Origin: Acidobacteriota bacterium
GTDB taxonomy: Bacteria; Acidobacteriota; UBA6911
DNA length: 64,000 nucleotides
Assembly: GCA_963664705.1 (NCBI GenBank)
Contig: OY761556.1
Coordinates: forward strand, 6,368,001 to 6,432,000
Reading direction: 5' to 3'
Part shown: piece by piece, positions 8,933 to 18,990 of the stretch
How the letters are laid out: the number at the start of each line of letters is the position of its first letter
Numbering within the stretch: position 1 is the first letter of the stretch
Made by a program: the position numbers and the translations under genes
The notes under the pieces: generated by a model
Told to the model about the DNA's origin: nothing
The model's input: only the letters and a program-made list of their open reading frames with translations
Database searches by the model: none

Positions 8933-9662
8933 GCGGGCAATTAAAGAGTCGGCTCAGCATAGAGCCTGTCAATGCTTCATCAATTGTGCCGTCGAATACG
9001 ACCCGCCCGCTATTCAGGAAAACAGCGCGCTTCATGCATTTTGGCAAAAGGTTGAAATCGTGGGTTACAAAAAGAACCGTTAGCGATTCCCGCTCATAGA
9101 GATCTGCAATCAGGTTCAACACTTCCATTTGAACCGCAATATCCAGATTGGAGGTGGGCTCATCGAGCAGGAGTATCTCGGGCTTTTGAATGATTGCGCG
9201 CGCAATCGAGATTTTTTGCCGTTCGCCACCTGACAGATGCCCGAGCGGGCGGTTCGCCAGATGAGCGATCCGCATCAGTTCCATCAACTCCGTTGCTCTT
9301 TTGCGATCCTGTTTGCCCGGCGAGTGGAATAAACCAATGCGACCATAAAGGCCGGTCAGGACTGCTTCAATGGCTAAGATTGGGAATCCCGGATCGATTT
9401 CGAATAATTGAGGAACATACCCGATCCGCGTGCGACTTTTTCGCGAACGGACCCAGGTTTCGTCGCGATCGAAAAGATGAAGATTGCCTTCGAATCTTTC
9501 GAAGCCGGCGACGGTATTCAGTAATGAAGTTTTGCCTGCGCCGTTTGGTCCGATAATGCCGACAAACTCATTTCTATGTACCTGGAGACTGATCTTATCC
9601 AACAGGACACAATTCGGCTTCCTTACGGATACCTCCTCGAGATTTATCACCGAAATGTTCAT
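8886..9662 (-). CDS. Metal ABC transporter ATP-binding protein (ZnuC-like)
   Basis: GPNGAGKT, IGYVPQ, LSGGERQ, LLDEPT and VTHD motifs. Confidence 0.92.
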   Translation of the reverse strand: MNISVINLEEVSVRKPNCVLLDKISLQVHRNEFVGIIGPNGAGKTSLLNTVAGFERFEGNLHLFDRDETWVRSRKSRTRIGYVPQLFEIDPGFPILAIEAVLTGLYGRIGLFHSPGKQDRKRATELMELMRIAHLANRPLGHLSGGERQKISIARAIIQKPEILLLDEPTSNLDIAVQMEVLNLIADLYERESLTVLFVTHDFNLLPKCMKRAVFLNSGRVVFDGTIDEALTGSMLSRLFNCPLEIFERNGRRFVSLG

Positions 9663-10498
9663 TAATTCGTTCCAGCTGCAGCCAGCGCCGCATTCACATT
9701 CTCGCTGAGCGTAGATACGTATCCTTTTTCCGACGGAAAGTTGGAAAAGATCACATGCGGCACATCTAATGCCTCCGCGATTCCCTTGCCGGCTTCAGGT
9801 CCCGATTGAAGATTATCCACGATCATAACGGCCTTTTTATCCTTGCCGATCCGAGTAAGCTCGACGATTTCCTTCGCCGAGAGAGATTCAGGTCTGCCGT
9901 ACTCGCCGACAACACGGAATCCCATCCATTCCAAAGGCTCCTTCAACATGGATGATGAGATCACCGGCTTTTGAGAAACGAAGGCTTGCTGCAATCTGTC
10001 ATTGAGACTCTTTGTCATTTCATCTGTGTCCCGGACCGCTCGCTCCTTCCGCTTTGAGATTTGTTGCCTCTGTCCAGGGAAGCGCTCGATGAGTCTTTCG
10101 GCGAGGATGCCCAAACCGGCGATATAGGAGGGTGGAGTCATCCAGTTGCGGCCTTTCGTGTCTATGAGGAGATGCTTGTCGGCCGCGATTTCTGTTTGAT
10201 TCATGAAAGGCATCCCGAGAAAGGATATAACAAGATCAGCCTGCTTCACTTTGGCGATATCTGTGAGCTTAATATCATAATGCCCTGGACACTGCCCTGG
10301 AGGCAGAATTGCGGTTGTCGCGAAACTGTCAGAAGGCAACAGTGCCTCGCACATTCCAGACAGAATAGTGTCGGAAGTTACAATGCTTTTAGGGCTTTTC
10401 TGTTGCTCGCTTGATGTGCTTCTCTGACAGCTTATAGTAATAAAGGCCAGGGCCAGCGTACCGATAGCAACAATGAATTTCGTTCTTTGAGCGATCAA
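9662..10498 (-). CDS. Metal ABC substrate-binding lipoprotein (ZnuA/TroA-like, divergent)
   Basis: Lipobox ITISC; ILPPGQCPGHYD in place of the usual DPH loop; operon context. Confidence 0.75.
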   Translation of the reverse strand: MIAQRTKFIVAIGTLALAFITISCQRSTSSEQQKSPKSIVTSDTILSGMCEALLPSDSFATTAILPPGQCPGHYDIKLTDIAKVKQADLVISFLGMPFMNQTEIAADKHLLIDTKGRNWMTPPSYIAGLGILAERLIERFPGQRQQISKRKERAVRDTDEMTKSLNDRLQQAFVSQKPVISSSMLKEPLEWMGFRVVGEYGRPESLSAKEIVELTRIGKDKKAVMIVDNLQSGPEAGKGIAEALDVPHVIFSNFPSEKGYVSTLSENVNAALAAAGTN

Positions 10499-10511
10499 GA
10501 GTCTCTCCCTG

Positions 10512-12542
10512 CTAGAATTTTATCCTCACGCCGCCGGCAGCATTCGTTCCTGGCATTGGATAGCCGGCAATCTCCTGATAGTCCCTGTCGAACAGATTGT
10601 CTACCATAGCAAAAATGGTCCAATGCTTTCCCATCGGGACCGTGCATTTGAGGGTCGCAGCAGTATAGGCATCAAGCCGAATTGTCCGGGCTGTATTGGC
10701 CCACGTGCGTCCGACAGAGCTTCCTCCAAAGGAAACGAAAGCATGAATCAAATCAACATCCAGCGAATAGTTGAATTTGTTTCCCGGAACATATGGAGCG
10801 AGATTGGTTGAGCTGAGATATGCGTATCCAGATGACAGACTGACACGGCGTGTCACGTTCCAACGGGCATTTGCTTCCAACCCGCGGTTAGACATGCGTC
10901 CAATGTTCTCCAATTTCAGATTGGGAAACATGCCAGTTGCTACAATGAGGTTGCTGACATCTGAATAGTATCCTGTGATCCAGGCTAAAAGACTGGCGCC
11001 GGGACGCACCTGAAAAGTAGCCTGATAATTCCAGAGTCTTTCGGGTTGCAGTGTGGGCGTAGGGGCAGGAAACAAGTACAGCTCTCTGATGGTTGGATTC
11101 CTGAATCCTTTGCCGATTGCCAGCGAGAGTGAGTAGCCGTTGGCAATGCGATAAGATGCACCAAATTCGGATGCAGTAACGCCTCCAAAAACCGAATTGT
11201 CGTCATAGCGAAATCCGGCATTCAGCCGTAGTCTGTTCGAAACAGTCCAACGTGCGCGAGCAAAACCGCCGCCTTCGCTCACATGGTGCTCGCCATAGTC
11301 ATAGCCGGTCGCAATGCTTTTCGCTCTCCCTCCATATTGGGCAGCGTCTCCGCCAAGGTCCAGTTCGAGATTCGATATGGGTGCAAACGTCTCTTGGATT
11401 CGAAAGCCTGTGTTGCTGTCGACTGAACGAAATCCGTCATAAATCATGTGATGACCATAGCTGGAAAAGAATCGTATGGATCCCCACGACTGTTCATCAC
11501 GGTTATCCAAACTCAGGCTGTACCCACCTCTCCCCACTCTTGACCAGTGCCCGGCTGTCGGAGCGTCAATGGTTCCCGGATCTTCTACATTGAAGTGTCC
11601 ATATCGTCCTTCTACCGAGGCCTTCCACACAGGAGTCAGGTCATACGACAGATGTATGCTGCCATCCTGATTCCGGAAGGAGGAATTTTCACGTTGGCCA
11701 TTGGTATGCTCAATACCGCCGGCAATCTGATAGTTAAACTGTCCCAACTGGCCGCCATGAGATAAACGATCTTGACCTGTGTAATAAGATCCCAAACTGG
11801 TGGTCAATTCCGTATGAAAGCCGGGTTCGGAAGAAGTCGGCTTGATTTCAATAGCTCCTCCCATGGCTCTATTACCATAGAGAACCGACGCCGGTCCGGC
11901 CGTAACGCTGATGCTCCCAACATCTGTTAAAGAGTAGAAGTCCGGGATCGGGTGTCCCATCAATCCCATGACCTCCGGGCGCCCGTCGATGACTACCAGC
12001 AACTCCGTCGTGGGCGAGCCGCCCACTCCTCTGAGAGCAATTGAATTGGATGTCCCCAAGCCATGGCCGAGAATGCCTCGGCTAGGGACATAGGCGCTGG
12101 GGATCAACTTATCCACTGCGTCATAGACCGTACGGGCTCCGCTGCGATCGATCACAAGTGCGCTTCTTTCAACGGATCCTTCCGATGCAGGATCCTCCTT
12201 CACCATCACTTCAATGGAGGTATGGAGTATCGCCGGTACCAGATGCAGTTTGATTGGTCCTGAGGAGGCATCGTCTATCCTTTGACTCAATGGTTCAAAA
12301 CCCGGCGCTTTCACCTGTACCGTGGCTGGTAGCTGTATCTCGGCGACGACACGACCCTGACCATCAGACACCATTGAGATAATTTGCCGGGGCTGTGTGA
12401 ATCCTCGAATCTCCACGGTTGCCCCCGGCACTGCGGAGTCGCTGGGGTCCAGTATCTGGACGGTGAAATCGTCAGAAATTAGGGGGGCTGAACAGATCAG
12501 AAACGCAAGGATAGACACGAACGTGATTTTGGCCATCATCAT
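10512..12542 (-). CDS. TonB-dependent receptor, probably nickel-related
   Basis: Signal peptide, carboxypeptidase-like N-domain, plug motifs LVVIDGRP and GPASVLYG...AMGG, C-terminal DNLFDRDY...IKF; divergent from nikR. Confidence 0.9.
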   Translation of the reverse strand: MMMAKITFVSILAFLICSAPLISDDFTVQILDPSDSAVPGATVEIRGFTQPRQIISMVSDGQGRVVAEIQLPATVQVKAPGFEPLSQRIDDASSGPIKLHLVPAILHTSIEVMVKEDPASEGSVERSALVIDRSGARTVYDAVDKLIPSAYVPSRGILGHGLGTSNSIALRGVGGSPTTELLVVIDGRPEVMGLMGHPIPDFYSLTDVGSISVTAGPASVLYGNRAMGGAIEIKPTSSEPGFHTELTTSLGSYYTGQDRLSHGGQLGQFNYQIAGGIEHTNGQRENSSFRNQDGSIHLSYDLTPVWKASVEGRYGHFNVEDPGTIDAPTAGHWSRVGRGGYSLSLDNRDEQSWGSIRFFSSYGHHMIYDGFRSVDSNTGFRIQETFAPISNLELDLGGDAAQYGGRAKSIATGYDYGEHHVSEGGGFARARWTVSNRLRLNAGFRYDDNSVFGGVTASEFGASYRIANGYSLSLAIGKGFRNPTIRELYLFPAPTPTLQPERLWNYQATFQVRPGASLLAWITGYYSDVSNLIVATGMFPNLKLENIGRMSNRGLEANARWNVTRRVSLSSGYAYLSSTNLAPYVPGNKFNYSLDVDLIHAFVSFGGSSVGRTWANTARTIRLDAYTAATLKCTVPMGKHWTIFAMVDNLFDRDYQEIAGYPMPGTNAAGGVRIKF

Positions 12543-12555
12543 TGTTCCCTTCTAA

Positions 12556-12582
12556 GTATTACGATTATATGAAACGTAACAC
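12556..12582. promoter_or_regulatory. NikR operator 1
   Basis: GTATTAC-N13-GTAACAC immediately upstream of the receptor RBS; resembles the GTGTTA-N15-TAACAC type NikR motif. Confidence 0.75.
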
Positions 12583-12645
12583 TAGCAGAGTAGGCCATAA
12601 TCAACAAGAAATATTCAAAATATTATGCCGGATTCATTGAATGGC

Positions 12646-12672
12646 GTATTACTGAATGAGCATACGTAATAC
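12646..12672. promoter_or_regulatory. NikR operator 2
   Basis: Perfect palindrome GTATTAC-N13-GTAATAC with the same spacing as site 1. Confidence 0.75.
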
Positions 12673-12785
12673 CATTGTCGTATTATTCAATAAATTAAAT
12701 GGGCTTTCCTTGCGCAAAAATCAGGCCGCGAATCATAAGCGCGATCATGTAAAATACGGGGAGCCTATATTGGGAGTGACTGCTT

Positions 12786-13205
12786 ATGTCAACATTGATA
12801 CGGACAGGTATTTCGCTTGAACAGGATCTTCTCGAAAGGTTTGATCAAGTTATCAAACAGAAGGGATACGGCAGTCGATCGGAAGCTCTCCGGGACCTGG
12901 TTAGAGATCATTTTGTTGAAGAAGAAGTTGCCACAAATAAGATCGTTGTTGGGACCATCACACTGGTTTACGATCATCATCAACCCAAGCTTTCCGAGCA
13001 GCTTGTTAGTGCTCAGCATGATTACAAGGGCCAGGTTTTGGCGACAACGCACGTTCATCTGGATCATCACAATTGTCTCGAGGTGATCATTCTCAAGGGG
13101 CATGGGACTGACGTCAAAAAATTCTCAGACCAACTTTTGAGCCTAAAAGGTGTAAAGCATGGGAAACTTGTGCTGACCAATGCTCCCGTGAGTCATCACC
13201 GATAA
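12786..13205 (+). CDS. nikR: Nickel-responsive regulator NikR
   Basis: RHH N-terminus (RTGISL...SRSEALRDLVR), QH, and THVHLDHHNCLEV Ni ligands. Confidence 0.97.
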   Translation: MSTLIRTGISLEQDLLERFDQVIKQKGYGSRSEALRDLVRDHFVEEEVATNKIVVGTITLVYDHHQPKLSEQLVSAQHDYKGQVLATTHVHLDHHNCLEVIILKGHGTDVKKFSDQLLSLKGVKHGKLVLTNAPVSHHR

Positions 13206-13383
13206 CAGTTCAGGTCTGCAAGCTCATCTCCAAGTCCTCTGGCGACGCGGCGACCTAAATTCCGAACTAAGAAATTCCTTCCAGCAAGACTCATTCTTAA
13301 AGACGCCAAGCTTTCGCCGGGGCATTTGTAGGCCTGGTGCACAGACAGTGGATAATTCAACTATCTGTGGAGTGCGCAAAGGG

Positions 13384-13413
13384 TTGAACACTATGTCATC
13401 TCTGACATATACT
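13384..13413 (+). promoter_or_regulatory. TA promoter with operator palindrome
   Basis: TTGAAC (-35) and TATACT (-10) bracket TATGTCA-tctc-TGACATA (13392-13409). Confidence 0.6.
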
Positions 13414-13421
13414 GCGGACGT

Positions 13422-13755
13422 CATAGCAACGAACCTAAGCCTCTTGTCTGGATGAGAGCGGTTGTTAAATCGCCTCCTTTTTCTAAGAATGCAAGACTTG
13501 AAGCCGGGGTTCTGCTGAGAAAGCTCCAAAAACGCCAAATGCTCGAAATGCCGCCTTCGCAACCCATGCCTATTGTCGGAGAACGATGCCATGAATTAAG
13601 AGTGGTCGATATTGAAAAGAATTGGCGAATTGTTTATCGCATTAATATTGATGCGATCGTGATTCTGGACGCCTTCAGCAACTAGACTCGAAGCACTCCA
13701 CAGTCAGTGATTGATCGGCAGAGAACAGAGATTGAGGGAGTACGACGATGCATAG
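13422..13755 (+). pseudogene. RelE/HigB (Gp49-like) toxin pseudogene
   Basis: KPLVW...KSPPFS...EAGVLLRKLQ...MP..GERCHELRV...WRIVYRI. The start ATG is damaged, there is an in-frame TAG at 13683 (FSN*TRSTP), and a later frameshift precedes REYDDA*. Confidence 0.75.
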
Positions 13756-14080
13756 CAATAAGAGAAAACGTCTCGAAGCGAAAGGATGGGAAATTGGAGA
13801 TGCTAAAGGATTTCTTGGGCTCACTCCGGAAGAAGAAGCTTACGTAGAAATCAAACTCAAGCTTTCTGAAAGCTTTCGCGCTCATAGATTGCGTCGCAAA
13901 ATGACGCAATCCGATGCTGCTAAACTGCTAAAATCGAGCCAATCTCGGGTTGCAAAAATGGAAGCTGGTGATAGTTCCGTGTCTCTGGATTTGCTTGTGC
14001 GCTCGATTCTCGCCCTCGGGGTATCCGGCAAAGGGTTGATTCAGAGGCTTTCAACGCGAAAACCATCCCGTGCTGCCTGA
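13748..14080 (+). CDS. XRE/HigA-type HTH antitoxin
   Basis: KRKRLEAKGWEIG...MTQSDAAKLLKSSQSRVAKMEAGD. Confidence 0.88.
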   Translation: MHSNKRKRLEAKGWEIGDAKGFLGLTPEEEAYVEIKLKLSESFRAHRLRRKMTQSDAAKLLKSSQSRVAKMEAGDSSVSLDLLVRSILALGVSGKGLIQRLSTRKPSRAA

Positions 14081-14130
14081 TTTTTTGTGCTCTCCCGTTA
14101 TTAGTTCTCAAGGATAATGGAGTTAATCCT

Positions 14131-14640
14131 ATGCTGTTGCCAATCCTTAAATACGGAGCTTCGGTACTGAAATCCCCAGTCAAACCGGTTGATTTCTTCA
14201 CTTCCGAACTCGAGAAAATCGCTCAGAATATGATCGAGACGATGTATGCGGCCTCTGGAGCCGGACTTGCCGCAAACCAGGTGGGGATAGATATAAACAT
14301 CACCACCATGGACATCTCAGGAGGACACGAAGCCGACAGGCTGATCACGCTTTGCAATCCCAAGATCATCTTCTCGGAAGGCGAACAGAGTGGAGAAGAG
14401 GGATGTCTCAGCATCCCTGACTTCAATGAAATCGTAACGCGGCCTCGAAAAGTAGTAGTCCGCGGACAGGATATTCATGGCGACGAGATAACTATTGAAG
14501 CAGAGGACATGCTTGCCCGTTGCCTAAGCCATGAAATCGATCATCTCAAAGGCGTGATGTTCATCGATCACCTGAGCGCTCTCAAGAGAAGCCTGATCAA
14601 GAACAGAATCAAGAGACTTATGAGAGCCGGCAAATGGTGA
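14131..14640 (+). CDS. def: Peptide deformylase
   Basis: Motifs GAGLAANQVG, EGCLS and HEIDHLKG. Confidence 0.96.
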   Translation: MLLPILKYGASVLKSPVKPVDFFTSELEKIAQNMIETMYAASGAGLAANQVGIDINITTMDISGGHEADRLITLCNPKIIFSEGEQSGEEGCLSIPDFNEIVTRPRKVVVRGQDIHGDEITIEAEDMLARCLSHEIDHLKGVMFIDHLSALKRSLIKNRIKRLMRAGKW

Positions 14641-14656
14641 TCTCCTGCCGGGTCGA

Positions 14657-17600
14657 TTACAGGCCCTTTTCCCGCAAGACATAAAAAATAGCTGGCGTTA
14701 CCAGCAACGATAAAATCATCGAGATTGCTACTCCGCCTATTACCGCAATTGCGAGCGGCTGAAGCATCTCTGCTCCGGAACCGATGCCGATAGCCAATGG
14801 CAGCATTCCAAATATTGTGGCCAGTGCAGTCATTGCGATAGGTCTCAAGCGGCGCCTGCCTGCCTGGAAAATAGCTTCACGAAGAGGAATCCCTTGCTCC
14901 GAAAACGCCTTTTCCGAATCCAGCATGAGAATACCGTTCTTATGAACGATGCCGACGACCATGATCGTTCCCATGAATGAAGAAATGTTGAGCGTCGTGT
15001 GAGTCAGGAAGAGCGCGAAAAGAGATCCTGATGTACAAAGAATCGTTGCCACCAGGATCGCGATCGGATGTGAAAACGATCGGAACTCGAACACGAGGAT
15101 GATGAATATTAGGATAATCGAGGCAAACAGGACCTGTGTCAGTCCAAGGAAGGATTCCAGCTGGACTTTATACAGACCGCCAAATTCTATCTCGGTCCCC
15201 TGCGGCATTGGAACTTCCTTGTAGATCCTGTCCTGGATCTCCTTCATGGCTGAGCCCAGGTCGCGACCGGCCAGCCGGGCTGTCACTGCGGAAGTATTTC
15301 TAAGGTTATCCCTCCTCACTTCCGTCATGCCCTCATCCATTTGTAATTCGGCTATGCTGGAGAGAGGAACGGTCTGACCGGTCGGCGAAGTTACCTGGAG
15401 TGATTTCAGCTTGTCGATCGAGGAGCGATATTCCGCCGGATAACGTACGCGGATGCCAATGAGCCGATTACCTCCGCGTATCATGTCCGAAGCCAGCTGA
15501 CCATCCAGAATCGCCGATTCAAGATCAGCCACATCGCGGACGCTGAAGCCGGCGCGCTGCGCCTTTTCCAGATCCACACGGAAATTTGCTGCAGGGCCGA
15601 TCACAAAAGTCTGGTTAACGATGTCGACTACTCCCGGAATTTTCGGAAGCCACTCCTCAATCCTCTTGGCAACCTCTTTGTATGTTGCCTCGTTATCGTG
15701 AAACACTTTGATCTCGATCGGCTGAGGCGACCAAGCAAGATCGCCGACAAGGTCTTCGAGAATGTGAGGAAACTCGACCTCGATCGCGGGTTCAGACGTT
15801 GTTATCTTGGTCCTGAGTTCTTCAGTTACCTCCTCGAGCGAGCGTTTGCGGTCCTTTTTCAGTTTGATAAGGAAATCGCCTGTGTTGGGCTCGGCTATCG
15901 CGAGAGCGAGGCGAACTCCAGTACGGCGTGAGTAGCTCTCGATTTCTGGGGTTTCGCCTAGATATTTCTCTACATGACGCAATACGCGATTGGTTTCTTG
16001 AAGAGAAGTGCCGGGTGGCATTCTATAGTCCAGGACAAAAGCACCTTCATCCATATCGGGAAGAAATCCGCTGCCAAGCTGGAAATAGACGACAACCGAG
16101 AGAACGATCACTCCCAGAGCTATCAGTAGAACCACGCGCGTGTGGAGCAGGACCCAGTGAAGCGCCTTTTCGTATCGCGCAGTCAGGAATCGGAGAATGC
16201 GTCCTTCGCCGGCCTGCTCAGCTTCCGCAATATCAGCATGTCCCTCAACCTTTGTATGTTTCAGGAATACCCCGGCCAAGACTGGAGTGAAGAAGATGGC
16301 AAGCACCAACGATGCAAGCAGTGCCGTTGCCATAGTAAAAGCAAGGGCTCTGAAGAACACCGCCGTGATCCCGCCAAGAAACACCAACGGAACAAAGACC
16401 ATGATCGGAGTCAGTGTCGATCCGATCAAGGCCGGCGTCAGTTCGTGAATTGCGTTCTTTGCCGCTTCCCGCGGAGGCTGACCGAGAGACATATGTACCA
16501 TGATGTTCTCGACCATCACGATTGCATCATCGATGACAACACCTATCGATGCAGCCAAACCTCCCAGGGTCATGAGATTAAAGCTTAGATTGAAAAGCTT
16601 CATGAAGACGATCGCGATCAGAGTGGCAATCGGGATCACGATTGCGGCAACCACAGTTGTACGCCAGTTCTTCAAAAACGCTATCAGCACCGCGATCGAG
16701 AGCAGCAGCCCGATAATGATACTGTCCCTAACACTTCCAATAGAGTCGCGGACAAGCGTTGATTGATCGTAGAAGACCGACAGGTGAATGTCAGGCGGAA
16801 GTGTTTTGCGAATTTCAGTCAATTCGCGATTCACGGCATTTGCTATATCTACTGCATTGCCGTCAGGCTGTTGCAGAACGTTCACCAAAACCGCGGGCTG
16901 ACCATTGGCCGTCACGATGTTGTAAACAGGTTGCTCGCCGGGGACGACCTGCGCCAGATTCCTGATCAGCACCGGAGTTCCTTTGGCAACATCCACGACG
17001 ATATTTTCTATCTGCTCCTTCTGCCGGATCAGGCCGGTGACCGTGGTCAGGTAAAGATGATAATTCTCCTGCACCATCCCGGCAGACTCGATCAGGTTCG
17101 TGTTGCGGATTGCATCCACAACTTTGGTAAGCGGCATTCCATAGCTATTGAGCTTTTCCGGATTCACCAACACGTGGTATTCCGGCTGCCGCCCTCCAAC
17201 AACCCGCGTCTCGGCTACGCCGGGGAGCCTGTAGAGTCGCGGCGTGAGATCGTAATAAGCAAGATCCCAAAGCTCGGTCGTGCTTCTTGTCGGAGAGGTG
17301 ATGCTGAAACCGATCATTGGGAAAACCGAGAACGTCAGGCGATTGATGTAGAACCGGGTCGAACTCGGCAGGGTCGGCAGAATCTGCGAAATCCTCCCTT
17401 GCACCAGGTGCAGCGCATCGTGGATGTCCACATCCCAGCGAAAGAAAACGCTGATTTCGCTGGAACCCCGGCTTGTCGTGGAACGGACGTCGGTGATGCC
17501 TGGAACCAAACGAATCGCCTGTTCAATGGGCCGGGTTACCGTGAGCATCTGCACGTCTACCGGCGCTATGCCGTTGTCCACAAGAATCACGATCCGAGGA

Positions 17601-17731
17601 AAATCGGTCTGTGGAAAAATTGCGATCGGCAACCGGAACAAAAACAATATTCCCGCAATCGCAAAGGCGAAGACGACCAGAATCAACGCCCGGCCGTGTG
17701 CTTCTATGAAATCCCCAAGACGTCCCGTCAC
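14657..17731 (-). CDS. RND efflux permease (CzcA/AcrB family)
   Basis: 1024 aa; NLMTLGG...IGVVIDDAIVMVEN and RLRPIAMT...GMLPLA motifs. Confidence 0.95.
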   Translation of the reverse strand: MTGRLGDFIEAHGRALILVVFAFAIAGILFLFRLPIAIFPQTDFPRIVILVDNGIAPVDVQMLTVTRPIEQAIRLVPGITDVRSTTSRGSSEISVFFRWDVDIHDALHLVQGRISQILPTLPSSTRFYINRLTFSVFPMIGFSITSPTRSTTELWDLAYYDLTPRLYRLPGVAETRVVGGRQPEYHVLVNPEKLNSYGMPLTKVVDAIRNTNLIESAGMVQENYHLYLTTVTGLIRQKEQIENIVVDVAKGTPVLIRNLAQVVPGEQPVYNIVTANGQPAVLVNVLQQPDGNAVDIANAVNRELTEIRKTLPPDIHLSVFYDQSTLVRDSIGSVRDSIIIGLLLSIAVLIAFLKNWRTTVVAAIVIPIATLIAIVFMKLFNLSFNLMTLGGLAASIGVVIDDAIVMVENIMVHMSLGQPPREAAKNAIHELTPALIGSTLTPIMVFVPLVFLGGITAVFFRALAFTMATALLASLVLAIFFTPVLAGVFLKHTKVEGHADIAEAEQAGEGRILRFLTARYEKALHWVLLHTRVVLLIALGVIVLSVVVYFQLGSGFLPDMDEGAFVLDYRMPPGTSLQETNRVLRHVEKYLGETPEIESYSRRTGVRLALAIAEPNTGDFLIKLKKDRKRSLEEVTEELRTKITTSEPAIEVEFPHILEDLVGDLAWSPQPIEIKVFHDNEATYKEVAKRIEEWLPKIPGVVDIVNQTFVIGPAANFRVDLEKAQRAGFSVRDVADLESAILDGQLASDMIRGGNRLIGIRVRYPAEYRSSIDKLKSLQVTSPTGQTVPLSSIAELQMDEGMTEVRRDNLRNTSAVTARLAGRDLGSAMKEIQDRIYKEVPMPQGTEIEFGGLYKVQLESFLGLTQVLFASIILIFIILVFEFRSFSHPIAILVATILCTSGSLFALFLTHTTLNISSFMGTIMVVGIVHKNGILMLDSEKAFSEQGIPLREAIFQAGRRRLRPIAMTALATIFGMLPLAIGIGSGAEMLQPLAIAVIGGVAISMILSLLVTPAIFYVLREKGL

Positions 17732-18990
17732 TTTGCCTTCTCCTCGGAAGAACGTACCTCCGTGCCGTCCGGAAGACCGTATCCCCCTTCCACGATCACC
17801 AGTTCTCCAGCAGTGATCCCGCTAATAATTCGAACTTTGTCGCCCGCCTTCTCACCTGTTTCGACTTCTCGTTTGTGCGCGATATTTTTGCCATCGACAG
17901 CCATAACGGTCCCCTTGGGAGTGCCCTCTTCAAATTGAACCGCCGCCAGGGGAACAACAACACTTCCCGGTATCGTGCCCTTGACAATTTTTACCCGTCC
18001 AAAAGCTCCGGACCGAAGCTCTTTTTGCCTTCCCGGGATTTCAGACCAGACCTCGACTGTACGCCTTGCAGGATCAACACTGCGATTCACCATTGTTACC
18101 TTGCCCTGAAAAACAGAAGCGGGACTATCCGTCGGACTGAAAATGGATAACTGACCAACCCCTATACCACCAGCTTCAGCTTCAGGAACCTGTGCGCGAG
18201 CTACTGCGACGGAAATATCGATCACAGTGAAAATTGGTGCATCCGGCTTCGCCATGTCGCCGGGATACATGAACTGCTCTATTATCGTGCCGGCAAATGG
18301 ACTTGCGATTTTTGTAAACTGGATTTGCTTATCGAGCAGTTCCAGCCTAGCTTTTGCCTGGTCCAGCCGGCTCTTGGCTATTGCAAGGTCTCGCTCGCGG
18401 GATTGCGTCAGAAGCAAATCCAGCGACTTTTTTGCAACCTCATAATCCGTCTTTGCCTGCGCCAGTTCGGTTTGGCTTGTCAGAACCTCCCGGCCCGAAA
18501 TCGCCCTCTGGTTCAAGAGTTCCCGGCGCTGATCGTAGATCTTCTGGGCTCTGTTGACAGCGGCTTCCGCGCTCTCAACTTGGCCCTTGGCGCGCTCGAT
18601 ATCCATAGGCAGGGTGCTTTGCGTAGTCTTCTGCAAATTAGCTTCTGCATCAGCTACAACTGCGACGGCTTCCTGTCTCTGAGCAACCAGATCGCTGTTG
18701 TCCAACTCTGCCAGAATCTGTCCTGCCTGTATGGAATCGCCTTTTTGGGCATGGAGTCGGCGTATCGGTGCTGTTACCCGAGCTGCGATGTTTGCTTGCT
18801 GGCGGGGGAAGATGGTCGCGGGGGCTGTCACCGAAAGCTGGATATCAGCTACCTGGGCGCGTTCCAATTTAACGGCCACGACTGGCTTTGCCTCCTTCTC
18901 TTCGGGCTTGGAGCAGGCTTGCCCAAAGAGAATTAGTGTGAAACCCATCAGCGCCGAACCTGCATAAAATTTATGTCTTTGCATGATCAA
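17728..18990 (-). CDS. RND periplasmic adaptor (membrane fusion protein), lipoprotein
   Basis: Lipobox GQAC, barrel-sandwich GD...GQIL, long coiled coil, IASPFAG. Confidence 0.92.
   Translation of the reverse strand: MIMQRHKFYAGSALMGFTLILFGQACSKPEEKEAKPVVAVKLERAQVADIQLSVTAPATIFPRQQANIAARVTAPIRRLHAQKGDSIQAGQILAELDNSDLVAQRQEAVAVVADAEANLQKTTQSTLPMDIERAKGQVESAEAAVNRAQKIYDQRRELLNQRAISGREVLTSQTELAQAKTDYEVAKKSLDLLLTQSRERDLAIAKSRLDQAKARLELLDKQIQFTKIASPFAGTIIEQFMYPGDMAKPDAPIFTVIDISVAVARAQVPEAEAGGIGVGQLSIFSPTDSPASVFQGKVTMVNRSVDPARRTVEVWSEIPGRQKELRSGAFGRVKIVKGTIPGSVVVPLAAVQFEEGTPKGTVMAVDGKNIAHKREVETGEKAGDKVRIISGITAGELVIVEGGYGLPDGTEVRSSEEKAK

Noticed and set aside
14111-14180. Fourth fluoride riboswitch (ggataatggagttaatcc) before def
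   Set aside because: It lacks the downstream TGATGACTCC pseudoknot partner; the GGAG is simply the def RBS.
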